This document shows positions 39,552 to 49,153 of a DNA stretch of 64,000 nt, in pieces. The notes beneath the pieces are model-generated. The model saw nothing but the letters and a program-made list of their open reading frames with translations, searched no databases and had not been told where the DNA came from. The stretch spans positions 1 through 64,000 of the forward strand of contig JBGAJQ010000004.1 in NCBI GenBank assembly GCA_044224875.1. The letters run 5' to 3'. Within the stretch, counting starts at the first letter, position 1. Each line of letters begins with the position of its first letter. Source of the stretch: Gemmatimonadaceae bacterium (GTDB lineage Bacteria > Gemmatimonadota > Gemmatimonadetes > Gemmatimonadales > Gemmatimonadaceae). Position numbers and translations under genes: made by a program.

Positions 39552-41693
39552 CTACGCGTTGAGTGTCGCGGCGATTCGCTCAGCGATGCGTTCCGTCGTC
39601 GGCACGACGGCTTCCATCAGGCGCGGGTGGTACGGCACCGGCACGTCTTCCACGCACAACCGGTCAATCGGCGCGTCCAGATACCAGAAGGCTTCCCGGG
39701 CAATGGTGGCGGCAATCTCCGCACCGAAGCCCGCTGTCAGGTTGTCCTCATGGACGATCAGGCATCGACCCGTCTTCTTCACCGATTCCAGAACCGCCGC
39801 GCGGTCCCACGGCGCGATCGTCCGCAGGTCGATCAATTCGGCATCCGCACCCGATTGGGCGATTGCGTCCTTGCAGCGGTGCAGCAATGCACCCCAGGTG
39901 ACCATGGTGAGGGCGCGACCCTCACGCACGGTATTCGCCACCCCTAACGGGAGAACGTAGTCGTCGCCGGGGTAGGGTGCGCTGCCATCGCTGGTCATGA
40001 GCAACGCGCGGTGCTCAAAGAAGATCGTCGGGTTGGGGGATCGCATGGCGGCGCGCAGGAGGCCCACGGCGTCGGCCGCATTCGATGGAATCGCCACCTG
40101 CCAACCGATGGCATGCGCCCACAACACCTCCGCGCTCAGCGAATGCCACGGATCGCCGACGTCCTTGCCGAATCCCCCCGGGAGCCGCACGACGATAGGG
40201 GCCGCAAAACGATTGGCCGTACGCCATCGCATGGTCCCGCAATTGTTCAGCTGCTCTGTCGCCGGGTCTGCGTACTTCCGGAACTGAATCTCGGCGACTG
40301 GCACAAGGCCGGCGATGGCCATGCCCACCGCGCGCCCGATGATCCCTTCCTCTGAAAGGCTCGTGTCAAAGACCCGGTCCTCGCCAAAGTGCTTCTGCAG
40401 CCCTTCGGTGACGAGGTGTACGCCGCCCTTTCTCCCCACATCCTCACCAAAGACGACCAACTTCGGGTTTGCCGCCAGCTCCGACCTCAGCGTGCGTCGG
40501 ATGGCATCGGCAAAGCGCAGGGTTTCGCGCTTGGCGTGTGATGCGTCACCGGGGAAGGGCACACCACCTAACGCGGCACGCTCCTCGTCTGTGAGGCCAC
40601 CCATCGGGTCGGCGTCGCCTTCCCGTCGTGGCTCAGCGTACACAAAGCGCTTGATGCTGGCGGGGTCAGGAGCCGGCCTGGCCCGCGCCGCGGCGAGCCC
40701 CTGCTCGACATCTCGCGCGACCTCCGCTTCCAGCTCCTCCCACTCGGCCTTGGACAACAACGACGGGACCAGGTAGTCGCGGAGCTTCGGCAGCGGGTCT
40801 CGCTCGACATCGGCCGCAATCTCAGCGTCGGTGCGATAGCCCTTTTGGTTGTCCGGCCCCGAGTGCGAACTGAGCCGCGGTACCGTCAGGTGCACCAGTG
40901 CGGGCCCGGCGCCACTCCGTACGTGCGCCACGACCTCGGTGAGGGCGGCGGCGGTGGCCTCCGGGTCTGTACCATCCCCGTCGCGGACGAGCAGGTTGGC
41001 GAACGACGCCAGGTTCTTGGCGATATTCCCCCCCGGCGTCTGCATCTTCCCGCCGACGCTGATCCCGAGCCCATTGTCTTCTATATAGAAGAGCATGGGG
41101 AGCTTGAGCGTGGTGGCCATCGTCAGGGAGGCCCAGAACCCATTGGTCGCGACCGACGCATCGCCGCCCAATGCCACGGCCAACGCACCGTTGTAGCTGG
41201 AGTCCTTCAGGTGGTCGCGGTAGTAGGTAATCGCGTGCGCCCATCCCGCCGTCGGCGTGTATTGGGACCCGACGTCACCGGACATCGGCAGGACCTTGGC
41301 GCTCTGTCGAGAGGGAAAGTTGCAGACCACGCCGATATCCCGCCCGTCGCTGAAGCCTCCCGAGCGACCCAGGGGGGATGCGAACCCATCTTCAATCGAC
41401 AAGCCTAACGAAATGAGCAGCGGCCGCGAGCGATAGTAGGCACCGGCGGCGTCGTGCCGATGGGTCAACAACGCGCCAAGGATGCTTTGCGCCACATCGT
41501 GCCCCCGAGCAGAAAACTGGTAGAGCACCACGTGCTCCCGCGGGACTTGGGCGCGATTTCGGTTCGTGGCCTCCTCAATATCGTCCAGCGAGCGCGAGAC
41601 CAGCGTGTGGTAAGCGACCTTCCGCCAGTCGATGGCCGGATGTGGGGCCGCAGTTGGGCGCGGACGACGTCCTTTGGAGGGCAAGACAGCCAT
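39552..41693 (-). CDS. Fused E1 alpha/beta 2-oxoacid dehydrogenase (branched-chain type), TPP-dependent
   Basis: GGDAS...EDN TPP motif, RLSSHSGPD, FGEDVG..GGV, RVFDTSLSEEGI, EIQF, ELIDLRT..PWD, KTGRCLIVHE. Confidence 0.9.
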   Translation of the reverse strand: MAVLPSKGRRPRPTAAPHPAIDWRKVAYHTLVSRSLDDIEEATNRNRAQVPREHVVLYQFSARGHDVAQSILGALLTHRHDAAGAYYRSRPLLISLGLSIEDGFASPLGRSGGFSDGRDIGVVCNFPSRQSAKVLPMSGDVGSQYTPTAGWAHAITYYRDHLKDSSYNGALAVALGGDASVATNGFWASLTMATTLKLPMLFYIEDNGLGISVGGKMQTPGGNIAKNLASFANLLVRDGDGTDPEATAAALTEVVAHVRSGAGPALVHLTVPRLSSHSGPDNQKGYRTDAEIAADVERDPLPKLRDYLVPSLLSKAEWEELEAEVARDVEQGLAAARARPAPDPASIKRFVYAEPRREGDADPMGGLTDEERAALGGVPFPGDASHAKRETLRFADAIRRTLRSELAANPKLVVFGEDVGRKGGVHLVTEGLQKHFGEDRVFDTSLSEEGIIGRAVGMAIAGLVPVAEIQFRKYADPATEQLNNCGTMRWRTANRFAAPIVVRLPGGFGKDVGDPWHSLSAEVLWAHAIGWQVAIPSNAADAVGLLRAAMRSPNPTIFFEHRALLMTSDGSAPYPGDDYVLPLGVANTVREGRALTMVTWGALLHRCKDAIAQSGADAELIDLRTIAPWDRAAVLESVKKTGRCLIVHEDNLTAGFGAEIAATIAREAFWYLDAPIDRLCVEDVPVPYHPRLMEAVVPTTERIAERIAATLNA

Positions 41694-42079
41694 TCGAAAA
41701 ACGGGGCTTGGGACCGTCAGGGTCAGGCTGGCGTGAATCTAACCTGCGCTCATGGAGGGGACGAAACCCCATACAGCTGGTCACGCGATCGCCCCGTGGT
41801 ATGCTGCTCCCGTCGGCGGATGAAAGCCTTTGACCGACCCATGTACTTGCCCTGAAGCTGGGTTTCGACTGCCGTTGGTCCCGCGCGGCGCGCGCGGACC
41901 CCCGCGACCGGTGTGCGCATGACGCATGGGTGGGCGTTGGCGGTCGCTGCGCACCCACCCTCGCAGGGTCGCGAAGACTTTGCATCGCGAATGGTGGCCG
42001 AAGGGGTCGCGATGCACCTTTCCCACAGCAAGTTCGCACCTCCGTCGTTCCCGATGCCACAACCCACTGTCCGCTGCCC

Positions 42080-44275
42080 GTGACCTCCCCGCCAACCTCA
42101 CAAACTCCCAGGAAGCGCGTCCTAGGGAGCGGCTCGGCCGCCATCTTCGCGATCGGAATAGTTGTGGTGTTCGCACCGACGGTTGTAGCTGCCCAGCAAA
42201 CAAGGATTTCCGCCACGGAGTGGCAGCGCGTGCTGGCGGTAGAAGATTCTCGCACGAACGATCCGGATTCCCTGCGCGTGTTGATCGACGCGATTCGCGA
42301 TCCCCGGGCCCCGCTGCGGGCCGTGGCGGCGCGAGCGATCGGACGATTCGAACGACCGTCACTCCTGCCGGAGTTGTACGCGCGCGTGGCGGATCCGTCG
42401 CCAGCCGTGCGACGGGAAGTGGTCAATGCCATTGCGCAGATCGCGAGGCCCGCGTCGCGCGTGGCGGACTCCGTGTGGCGACCTGCCGTGGACACGCTGA
42501 TGTCTGCGCTCTCACGCGAGAAAGACGCGGACGTGGTAGCTAGCCTTGCCGAGTCGTTAGGCCGCCTGGCCCGCGGTGACAGTTCGGCTGCTCCGATTGC
42601 GGAACGGCTGATGGCGCTGCTTGGCGCGGAGGATGAGTCGGGGGCGTCCGTTTCGTTGACGGCGAGCCCCCGCGTCGTGCTCGGTGTGATGAAGGGGGTG
42701 TACTCGGCAGGCCGGACCCGACGTGACGCCGCTGACACCGCGCGCGCGCGACGCGATCCCGGCGCCGCGGAACTCCGGATGATCCGGTACGGGTTGCGTG
42801 GCACCGCCGCTCAATCTGCGCAGGCGGTGCAAGTTCGCCGACTGAGCGTGCTGTCCCTCATTTCGCCCGCGGTTCGCACGGACAGTGTGGCGCTCGTGGC
42901 GATGCGGGATCCCGATCCCCAGATGCGACGCCTGGCGGTGCTGGCGGCTGCGAGCGCTGAAGATTCGGCTGTTCGGCGACAGGTGCTCCAGTCTGCCCTC
43001 CATGACTTGGAATTCATCGTTCGATTCGACGCGGTGCGCAGCTGGCGGCGCCTCTTCTCCTCCGAATGCGCTCCGGTCGTTGCCGCCACACACGACCGGC
43101 ATCCGGCGGTGATGCTGGCGGCGATCGATGCGTTAAGTGGGTGTGGCGATCGGGGCTTGGCCACAGATGCGTTGTTCCCTCTGGCCACGAGCGACGCGCC
43201 AGCTGCCAGGCGCGCCGGTCGGGCAAGCTGGCATCCGAGGGCGCACGCCTTGGTGTCGCTGGCCCGGGTCGCCCCGGAGCGCGCGGAGCAGCAGGTCAAA
43301 GCGAATAAGACGCACCCGGTGTGGCAGGTTCGCATGTACACCGCGCGAGCGGCAACAATCCTTAAGGATGTGGCTACACTCAGCGACCTAGCGAGCGACT
43401 CGGTGGCGGACGTGCAGGAAGCCGCCATCACCGGACTGGCAGCGGTGTCGCCGCGAGCGGCCGACGCGTTCGCACTGCGGGCGCTGTCGCATCCGGCGTA
43501 TCAAGTCGTGCTGGCTGCGGCCTCGGCGCTCAAGGGCGCGCCTGTGACCTCCGAACTCTGGCACGCGCTTCTGACATCGCTCGGCCGCCTAACGGCGGAA
43601 CAGCGAGAGAATGCGCGCGATCCGCGTGTGGCCCTCCTCGAGCGCGTTGGTGAGCTGGGTGACGTGTCCCTGGCGCGCCAAATCGAACCGTACGTGCGTG
43701 ACTTCGATCCCGAAATCGCCGAGCGCGCAGCGCGCATTGTGACCCGCTGGACGGGGGGGGGGCGCGAGGTCGCTGCCGCGCCGGCGGTGCGTCGGGTGAT
43801 CTCAAACCGGCTCGGGGCGCTGTACACCGCATCCAGTCTCCGGCTGAAGATCACCATGGACGCCGCGAGTGGCGGCGGAACGTGGGTCATCAAGTTGAGG
43901 CCAGACGTTGCGCCGGCCACAGTCGCTCGACTGCTCGAACTGGTGGGCCGGGGTTACTACAACGGCCTCACCTTCCATCGGGTGGAGCCAACGTTCGTGA
44001 TTCAGGGAGGAAGTCCTTCGGCGACCGAGTACGTGGGCGATGGCCCCTTCATGCGTGACGAAGTCGCGCTGCTTTCGCACGTCTACGGGACGGTCGGCAT
44101 CTCCACGCGCGGGCGTGACACGGGCGATGCACAGATCTTCGTGAACCTCACGGACAACTTTCGGCTCGACCACGACTACACGGTCGTGGGAGACGTTGTC
44201 GAAGGCATGTCGGTCGTCGATGATATTCTCGAGGGAGACACAATGGCTCGCGTTGCGGTGGTTGGGGTGCGGTAG
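42080..44275 (+). CDS. HEAT-repeat protein with C-terminal cyclophilin-type peptidyl-prolyl isomerase, secreted
   Basis: Signal peptide; repeated 'D....VR..A..A' HEAT units; 'APATV....GYYNGLTFHRVEPTFVIQGG', 'RDTGDAQIFVNL'. Start uncertain. Confidence 0.85.
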   Translation: MTSPPTSQTPRKRVLGSGSAAIFAIGIVVVFAPTVVAAQQTRISATEWQRVLAVEDSRTNDPDSLRVLIDAIRDPRAPLRAVAARAIGRFERPSLLPELYARVADPSPAVRREVVNAIAQIARPASRVADSVWRPAVDTLMSALSREKDADVVASLAESLGRLARGDSSAAPIAERLMALLGAEDESGASVSLTASPRVVLGVMKGVYSAGRTRRDAADTARARRDPGAAELRMIRYGLRGTAAQSAQAVQVRRLSVLSLISPAVRTDSVALVAMRDPDPQMRRLAVLAAASAEDSAVRRQVLQSALHDLEFIVRFDAVRSWRRLFSSECAPVVAATHDRHPAVMLAAIDALSGCGDRGLATDALFPLATSDAPAARRAGRASWHPRAHALVSLARVAPERAEQQVKANKTHPVWQVRMYTARAATILKDVATLSDLASDSVADVQEAAITGLAAVSPRAADAFALRALSHPAYQVVLAAASALKGAPVTSELWHALLTSLGRLTAEQRENARDPRVALLERVGELGDVSLARQIEPYVRDFDPEIAERAARIVTRWTGGGREVAAAPAVRRVISNRLGALYTASSLRLKITMDAASGGGTWVIKLRPDVAPATVARLLELVGRGYYNGLTFHRVEPTFVIQGGSPSATEYVGDGPFMRDEVALLSHVYGTVGISTRGRDTGDAQIFVNLTDNFRLDHDYTVVGDVVEGMSVVDDILEGDTMARVAVVGVR

Positions 44276-44371
44276 TGCCAATGGATGCGCCAATCTCGTT
44301 AGCTTTCAGCGGCCACTATGGTTGCCGGCAACTCGACGCGCCATGACGAGCACTCCCATACCACGCTTCGT

Positions 44372-45160
44372 ATGAGTTCCGATCTGGTCCTACGTGAGAC
44401 GTCGCACGGCGTGCTAGTGCTGACGCTGAACCGCCCGGACGTCCTCAACAGCTTCAACCTGCCGATGGCGCAGGCACTGCAGGGTGCGCTCGCCCATGCC
44501 GCGGCCGACGATGGCGTGCGCTGCGTGTTGCTTACCGGCGCGGGGCGCGGGTTCTGCGCCGGACAGGACCTGGCTTCGGTTCCCCTGGACGCAGCGACGG
44601 CGCTCGACCTTGGAGACACGGTGCGTGCGCAGTACAACCCGATCATCCGGGCAATTCGGGGACTCGAAAAGCCGGTGGTCTGCGCGGTGAACGGAGTGGC
44701 CGCGGGTGCGGGGGCCAACATTGCCCTCGCCTGCGACCTTGTGATTGCAGCTGCCGAGTCGTCGTTCATCCAGTCATTTTGTAAGATCGGGCTCATCCCG
44801 GACTCCGGTGGCACGTGGCTATTGCCGCACCTGGTGGGGATGGCGCGCGCTTCGGCCCTGATGCTGTTAGGCGACAAGTTGCCGGCGACCACTGCCGCCG
44901 AGTGGGGCATGATCTATCAGGTGGTACCGGGGGCGGAGTTGCGCGAACGCGCGATGACGTTGGCGACACAGCTCGCCACACAACCGACGCGTGGGTTGGG
45001 CCTGACCAAGAGGGCGATGAACGCCGCGATGGAGCAGGGATTGAGCGCGCAGTTGGACACCGAGGCCGAGCTGCAGGCGATCGCCGGACGCTCGCGTGAC
45101 TTCAAGGAAGGGGTGCAGGCATTCATCGAGAAGCGCAAGCCGGTGTTCACGGGCCAATGA
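44372..45160 (+). CDS. paaG: Ring-1,2-epoxyphenylacetyl-CoA isomerase (enoyl-CoA hydratase family)
   Basis: FCAGQDL, NGVAAGAGANIALACD, GLIPDSGG (PaaG-type Asp); context with paaH/I/J. Confidence 0.88.
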   Translation: MSSDLVLRETSHGVLVLTLNRPDVLNSFNLPMAQALQGALAHAAADDGVRCVLLTGAGRGFCAGQDLASVPLDAATALDLGDTVRAQYNPIIRAIRGLEKPVVCAVNGVAAGAGANIALACDLVIAAAESSFIQSFCKIGLIPDSGGTWLLPHLVGMARASALMLLGDKLPATTAAEWGMIYQVVPGAELRERAMTLATQLATQPTRGLGLTKRAMNAAMEQGLSAQLDTEAELQAIAGRSRDFKEGVQAFIEKRKPVFTGQ

Positions 45161-46341
45161 ACGAAACACCAGAGGGAGCGGTCATTGGCGTGGTCGGGGC
45201 CGGGGCGATGGGCAGTGGCATCGCCCAGGTGGCCCTGCTGCATGGGCATCGCGTGCTCCTCACGGACACGGCACCAGCTGCCCTCGAACGCGGTTGTGAT
45301 GCCATTCGGAAGGGCTTTTCGCGCGATGTGGAGAAGGGGCGGATGACGAGCGAGCGTCGTGATGAGGCGCTCGGACGCCTGGATGCCATTGCGGCTGGCG
45401 ACATGATCGACATGGCGCCGTGTCACTTCGTCATCGAGGCGGTGGTGGAGCGACTGGACGTGAAGCTGGAAGTGATGCGCGCACTGGAAGAGGCGGTTGT
45501 GGCTGACGCCGTGCTGGCCACCAACACGTCGTCGCTGTCGATCGCCTCGATCGGGGCGGCCTGCGCACGTCCGGAACGCGTCATCGGCGTCCACTTCTTC
45601 AACCCGCCAACGGTGATGCCCCTGGTGGAGATTGTCCCGGGCGTTCGCACGGGCAGCGCCGTGGCAGATTGGGTGATGCAGCTGGTGCACGGGTGGGGCA
45701 AGGTCCCCGTACGAGCCAAGGACACGCCGGGCTTTATCGTGAACCGGATTGCCCGGCCGTACTACGGAGAAAGCCTTCGTATCGTCGAGGAGGGGATCGC
45801 CTCGCCGGCGACCGTCGACTGGGCGATGAAGACCGTGGGCGGCTTTCGCATGGGTCCTTTTGAGCTCATGGACTTCATTGGCCATGACGTGAACTACGTC
45901 GTGACGGAGAGTGTGTGGACCGCGATGTACTATGACCCACGCTACCGCCCGTCGATTCTCCAGAAGCGACTCCTCGAGGCCGGGTGGCTCGGCAAGAAGG
46001 CCGGACGCGGATTCTTCGATTACGCCGCCAACGCCGCCCTCGACGTGGCGGATGAAGATCAGGCGTTAGGCTCGCGCATCTTCATGCGCGTGCTGGCCAT
46101 GCTCATCAATGAGGCCGTTGACGCGGTGCACCTGCAGGTGGCGACGCCGGCCGCCGTCGACCTGGCCATGACCAAGGGCGTCAACTATCCGCGCGGCCTG
46201 TTGGCGTGGGGTGACGACCTTGGCTGGCCGGAGGTACTGGCGCGCATGGACGAACTGCGCGACACCTACGCCGAAGATCGCTATCGCGCCAGCCCCTTGC
46301 TCCGACGCATGGCACAGCAGGGAGAGAAGTTCTTCCAATGA
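45157..46341 (+). CDS. paaH: 3-hydroxyacyl-CoA dehydrogenase (3-hydroxyadipyl-CoA type)
   Basis: GAGAMGSG, IEAVVE, ATNTSSLSI, HFFNP, PGFIVNR, MGPFELMD, duplicated C-domain 'GVNYP.G'. Confidence 0.88.
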   Translation: MNETPEGAVIGVVGAGAMGSGIAQVALLHGHRVLLTDTAPAALERGCDAIRKGFSRDVEKGRMTSERRDEALGRLDAIAAGDMIDMAPCHFVIEAVVERLDVKLEVMRALEEAVVADAVLATNTSSLSIASIGAACARPERVIGVHFFNPPTVMPLVEIVPGVRTGSAVADWVMQLVHGWGKVPVRAKDTPGFIVNRIARPYYGESLRIVEEGIASPATVDWAMKTVGGFRMGPFELMDFIGHDVNYVVTESVWTAMYYDPRYRPSILQKRLLEAGWLGKKAGRGFFDYAANAALDVADEDQALGSRIFMRVLAMLINEAVDAVHLQVATPAAVDLAMTKGVNYPRGLLAWGDDLGWPEVLARMDELRDTYAEDRYRASPLLRRMAQQGEKFFQ

Positions 46342-46790
46342 CGCACTGGGACGAAGCAACGGAGCGGTTGGCCAAGCGCGTGGTGGACGCGATGCTGGAG
46401 AAGGACGCGCTCAGCCGCTGGCTCGGGCTGGAGGTCACCGAGCTGCTTCCCGGGGGTTGCATCTGCCGGATGACGGTTCGCCCGGAGATGGTGAATGGCT
46501 TTGGCGTCGCTCACGGTGGGATCGTCTTCTCCTTCGCCGACTCCGCCTTCGCCTTTGCCTGCAATCAGCAAGGACAGGTCACGGTGGCGGTGGATAACAC
46601 CATCACGTACCCCGCGGCGATTCATCCCGGCGACGTCCTTACCGCGGTGGCTCGCGAGGAGGCCGTCTCGCGACGGCTCGGCTACTATCGTGTGGACGTC
46701 ACGAACCAACACGGCGCGACGGTCGCACTCTTTCGGGGCACCGCCTATCGCACCGCTCGCCCCCACTTTCCCGACATGGTCGCCTCATGA
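46338..46790 (+). CDS. paaI: Hotdog-fold phenylacetyl-CoA thioesterase
   Basis: NGFGVAHGGIVFSFADSAFAFACN motif. Confidence 0.9.
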   Translation: MTHWDEATERLAKRVVDAMLEKDALSRWLGLEVTELLPGGCICRMTVRPEMVNGFGVAHGGIVFSFADSAFAFACNQQGQVTVAVDNTITYPAAIHPGDVLTAVAREEAVSRRLGYYRVDVTNQHGATVALFRGTAYRTARPHFPDMVAS

Positions 46791-48001
46791 CCGACGCGTT
46801 TCTTGTTGATGGTGTCCGGACGCCGGTTGGCGCATTCGGTGGCAGCCTGTCCGAAGTCCGCGCCGACGACCTCGCCGCGCATGTCATCCGCCGTCTCATG
46901 GACCGGGTCCCCTCGGTGGACCCCGCACGCCTGACCGACGTCATCCTTGGCTGCGCCAACCAGGCGGGCGAGGACAACCGCAACGTCGCTCGCATGGCGT
47001 TGCTCCTGGCGGGGCTGCCGGTGACGGTCCCCGGTGAAACGGTCAACCGACTCTGTGCCTCGGGGATGAGCGCCGTGGCCAACGCGGCGCGCGGGATTCG
47101 TCTGGGAGAGGGCGAGCTCTATGTCGCGGGTGGAGTGGAGAGCATGACGCGAGCCCCATATGCGCTCTCCAAGGGAACGACTGCGTTCGCACGTGACGCG
47201 CAGCTCTTTGACACGAGCATTGGTTGGCGCTTTGTGAACGCGAAGATGCGCGACCTCTACGGCGTGGACTCCATGGGGCAGACAGCGGAGAACGTTGCCG
47301 AGCAGTTCGGAATCGCTCGGGAGGATCAGGATCGCTTCGCGCTGGCTAGCCAGCAGAAGGCTGCCATGGCGCGAGACAGTCAGCGGCTCGCCGAGGAGAT
47401 CGTGCCCGTCACCGTACCGGGTGCAAAGAGGGGGACGACGCGTGAGTTCGCCGTCGACGAGTTCATCAAGCCGGAGACCACACTGGACGTGCTGGCCAAG
47501 CTGCGCCCCGCCTTTCGCACCGATGGCAAGGGGTCAGTGACCGCCGGTAACTCCTCGGGCATCAATGATGGGGCGTGCGCTGTTCTCGTCGCGTCTGGCG
47601 GCGCCGTGAAGGAGCTGGGTCTAAGTCCTAAGGCGCGTATCGTCGCCGCCGCGGCCGCGGGCGTTGAGCCGCGCATCATGGGCATGGGGCCCGTACCGGC
47701 GTCTCGCGAGGCGCTGCGGCGCGCCGGACTCGCCCTTTCAGACATCTCCGTTATCGAGCTGAACGAGGCCTTTGCCGCACAGGGGCTGGCGTGTCTCCGC
47801 GAGCTGGGAATTCCCGACGAGGACCCACGCGTCAACCCGAATGGCGGCGCCATTGCCATCGGTCACCCACTGGGAATGTCGGGCGCGCGCCTGGCGCTGA
47901 CGGCCGCGTATGAGTTGCAGCGCACCGGCGGTCGCTATGCCTTGTGCACGATGTGTATTGGTGTGGGGCAGGGGATGGCGCTCATTCTGGAACGAGCCTG
48001 A
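46787..48001 (+). CDS. paaJ: 3-oxoadipyl-CoA / 3-oxo-5,6-dehydrosuberyl-CoA thiolase (PaaJ/PcaF)
   Basis: GCANQAGEDNRNVARM, NRLCASG, NEAFA, GHPLG, CIGVGQG. Confidence 0.9.
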   Translation: MTDAFLVDGVRTPVGAFGGSLSEVRADDLAAHVIRRLMDRVPSVDPARLTDVILGCANQAGEDNRNVARMALLLAGLPVTVPGETVNRLCASGMSAVANAARGIRLGEGELYVAGGVESMTRAPYALSKGTTAFARDAQLFDTSIGWRFVNAKMRDLYGVDSMGQTAENVAEQFGIAREDQDRFALASQQKAAMARDSQRLAEEIVPVTVPGAKRGTTREFAVDEFIKPETTLDVLAKLRPAFRTDGKGSVTAGNSSGINDGACAVLVASGGAVKELGLSPKARIVAAAAAGVEPRIMGMGPVPASREALRRAGLALSDISVIELNEAFAAQGLACLRELGIPDEDPRVNPNGGAIAIGHPLGMSGARLALTAAYELQRTGGRYALCTMCIGVGQGMALILERA

Positions 48002-48127
48002 CGGAAGGCGCTCATGCCGCAGCGATTCTCCGCTCGCCTCATTCGCCCACGGACGTTCGGGAACCTGATTGTTGGCCGAGCGTATGGTATGCCGACTCGC
48101 ACCCCCCGTAGGTGCCTTATGCTGCTC

Positions 48128-48463
48128 ATGAAGAAAGCCGTCACGGTGGCGATCCTTTTGTCATCCACTGCCTGTTTCCCGTTCTTCGGCGGCCGCCCGG
48201 GACAGTCGGGCCTTGCGCGTAAGGTGGTTCAGCGAAAGGAGCCACCGCGATCGCTCGTCGCCAGCGACAACACCCGCTGCCTGGTAGACGACCAGAAGTA
48301 TCGGGACACGGTCATCGGAACCTCCGTGACCTGCTACTGGACGGCCGATCATGAGTCCCGCGTAGTCACAGGCGGGGGCGGGTCGAACAACCTTCCGGAC
48401 GAAGTGGCGACGAAGAAGCGGGATGCCAAGGGGACGGCACCGGCTGTCCGTCGACCCAAATAG
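48128..48463 (+). CDS. Small hypothetical lipoprotein
   Basis: MKKAVTVAILLSSTAC lipobox; Cys pair; basic C-terminal tail. Confidence 0.6.
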   Translation: MKKAVTVAILLSSTACFPFFGGRPGQSGLARKVVQRKEPPRSLVASDNTRCLVDDQKYRDTVIGTSVTCYWTADHESRVVTGGGGSNNLPDEVATKKRDAKGTAPAVRRPK

Positions 48464-48526
48464 CGGGTCCTTGGCCCGTCCGTCGACATAGCTAGGCGCC
48501 TCGTGCCGGACATGACAGATTCCGGC

Positions 48527-49132
48527 ATGCCTAATGTCTTCGCCTTTGGGGACTTCGTCCCCGTGATTCATCCCTCGGCGTTCATTCATCCCTCGGCAGC
48601 GGTCACCGGCAACGTGATCATTGGCCGCGAGGCGTACATCGGTCCCGGTGCGGCGTTGCGCGGCGACTGGGGTGGAATCGAGATCGCCGACGGCTGCAAC
48701 GTCCAGGAAAACTGCACGATCCACATGTTTCCCGGCGTGACGGTGGTGCTGGAGGAAGCGGCGCACATCGGGCACGGTGCCGTAATCCATGGGGCACGTA
48801 TTGGCCGGAACGCACTGGTCGGCATGAACGCGGTCGTCATGGATCGGGCGATCGTTGGCGCGGAGTGCGTGATCGGTGCCCTCACCTTCGTTCCAGCCGA
48901 CATGGAAATCCCGCCGCGAAAGGTCGTCGTCGGGAATCCCGCGCGGATCGTGAAGGACGTGACCGACGAGATGGTGGCGTGGAAGAGCGAAGGGACGAGA
49001 CTCTACCAGTCGCTTCCCGGCGCGATGCGCGCCCAGTGGCGCGCCTGCGAGCCCCTGCGCGAGGTGCCGGCGAATCGTCAGGCACAGGCGGCGGTGTATC
49101 GCACCTGGAACGAGACGAAACCCGGCGCCTAA
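48527..49132 (+). CDS. paaY: PaaY-like hexapeptide-repeat (gamma-carbonic anhydrase family) protein
   Basis: PVIHPSAFIHP, LRGDWG, NVQENCTIH, HIGHGAVIHG, 'WKSEGTRLYQ.L' PaaY-type tail. Confidence 0.85.
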   Translation: MPNVFAFGDFVPVIHPSAFIHPSAAVTGNVIIGREAYIGPGAALRGDWGGIEIADGCNVQENCTIHMFPGVTVVLEEAAHIGHGAVIHGARIGRNALVGMNAVVMDRAIVGAECVIGALTFVPADMEIPPRKVVVGNPARIVKDVTDEMVAWKSEGTRLYQSLPGAMRAQWRACEPLREVPANRQAQAAVYRTWNETKPGA

Positions 49133-49153
49133 CGACTCGCCGCCTCTGGCGTG

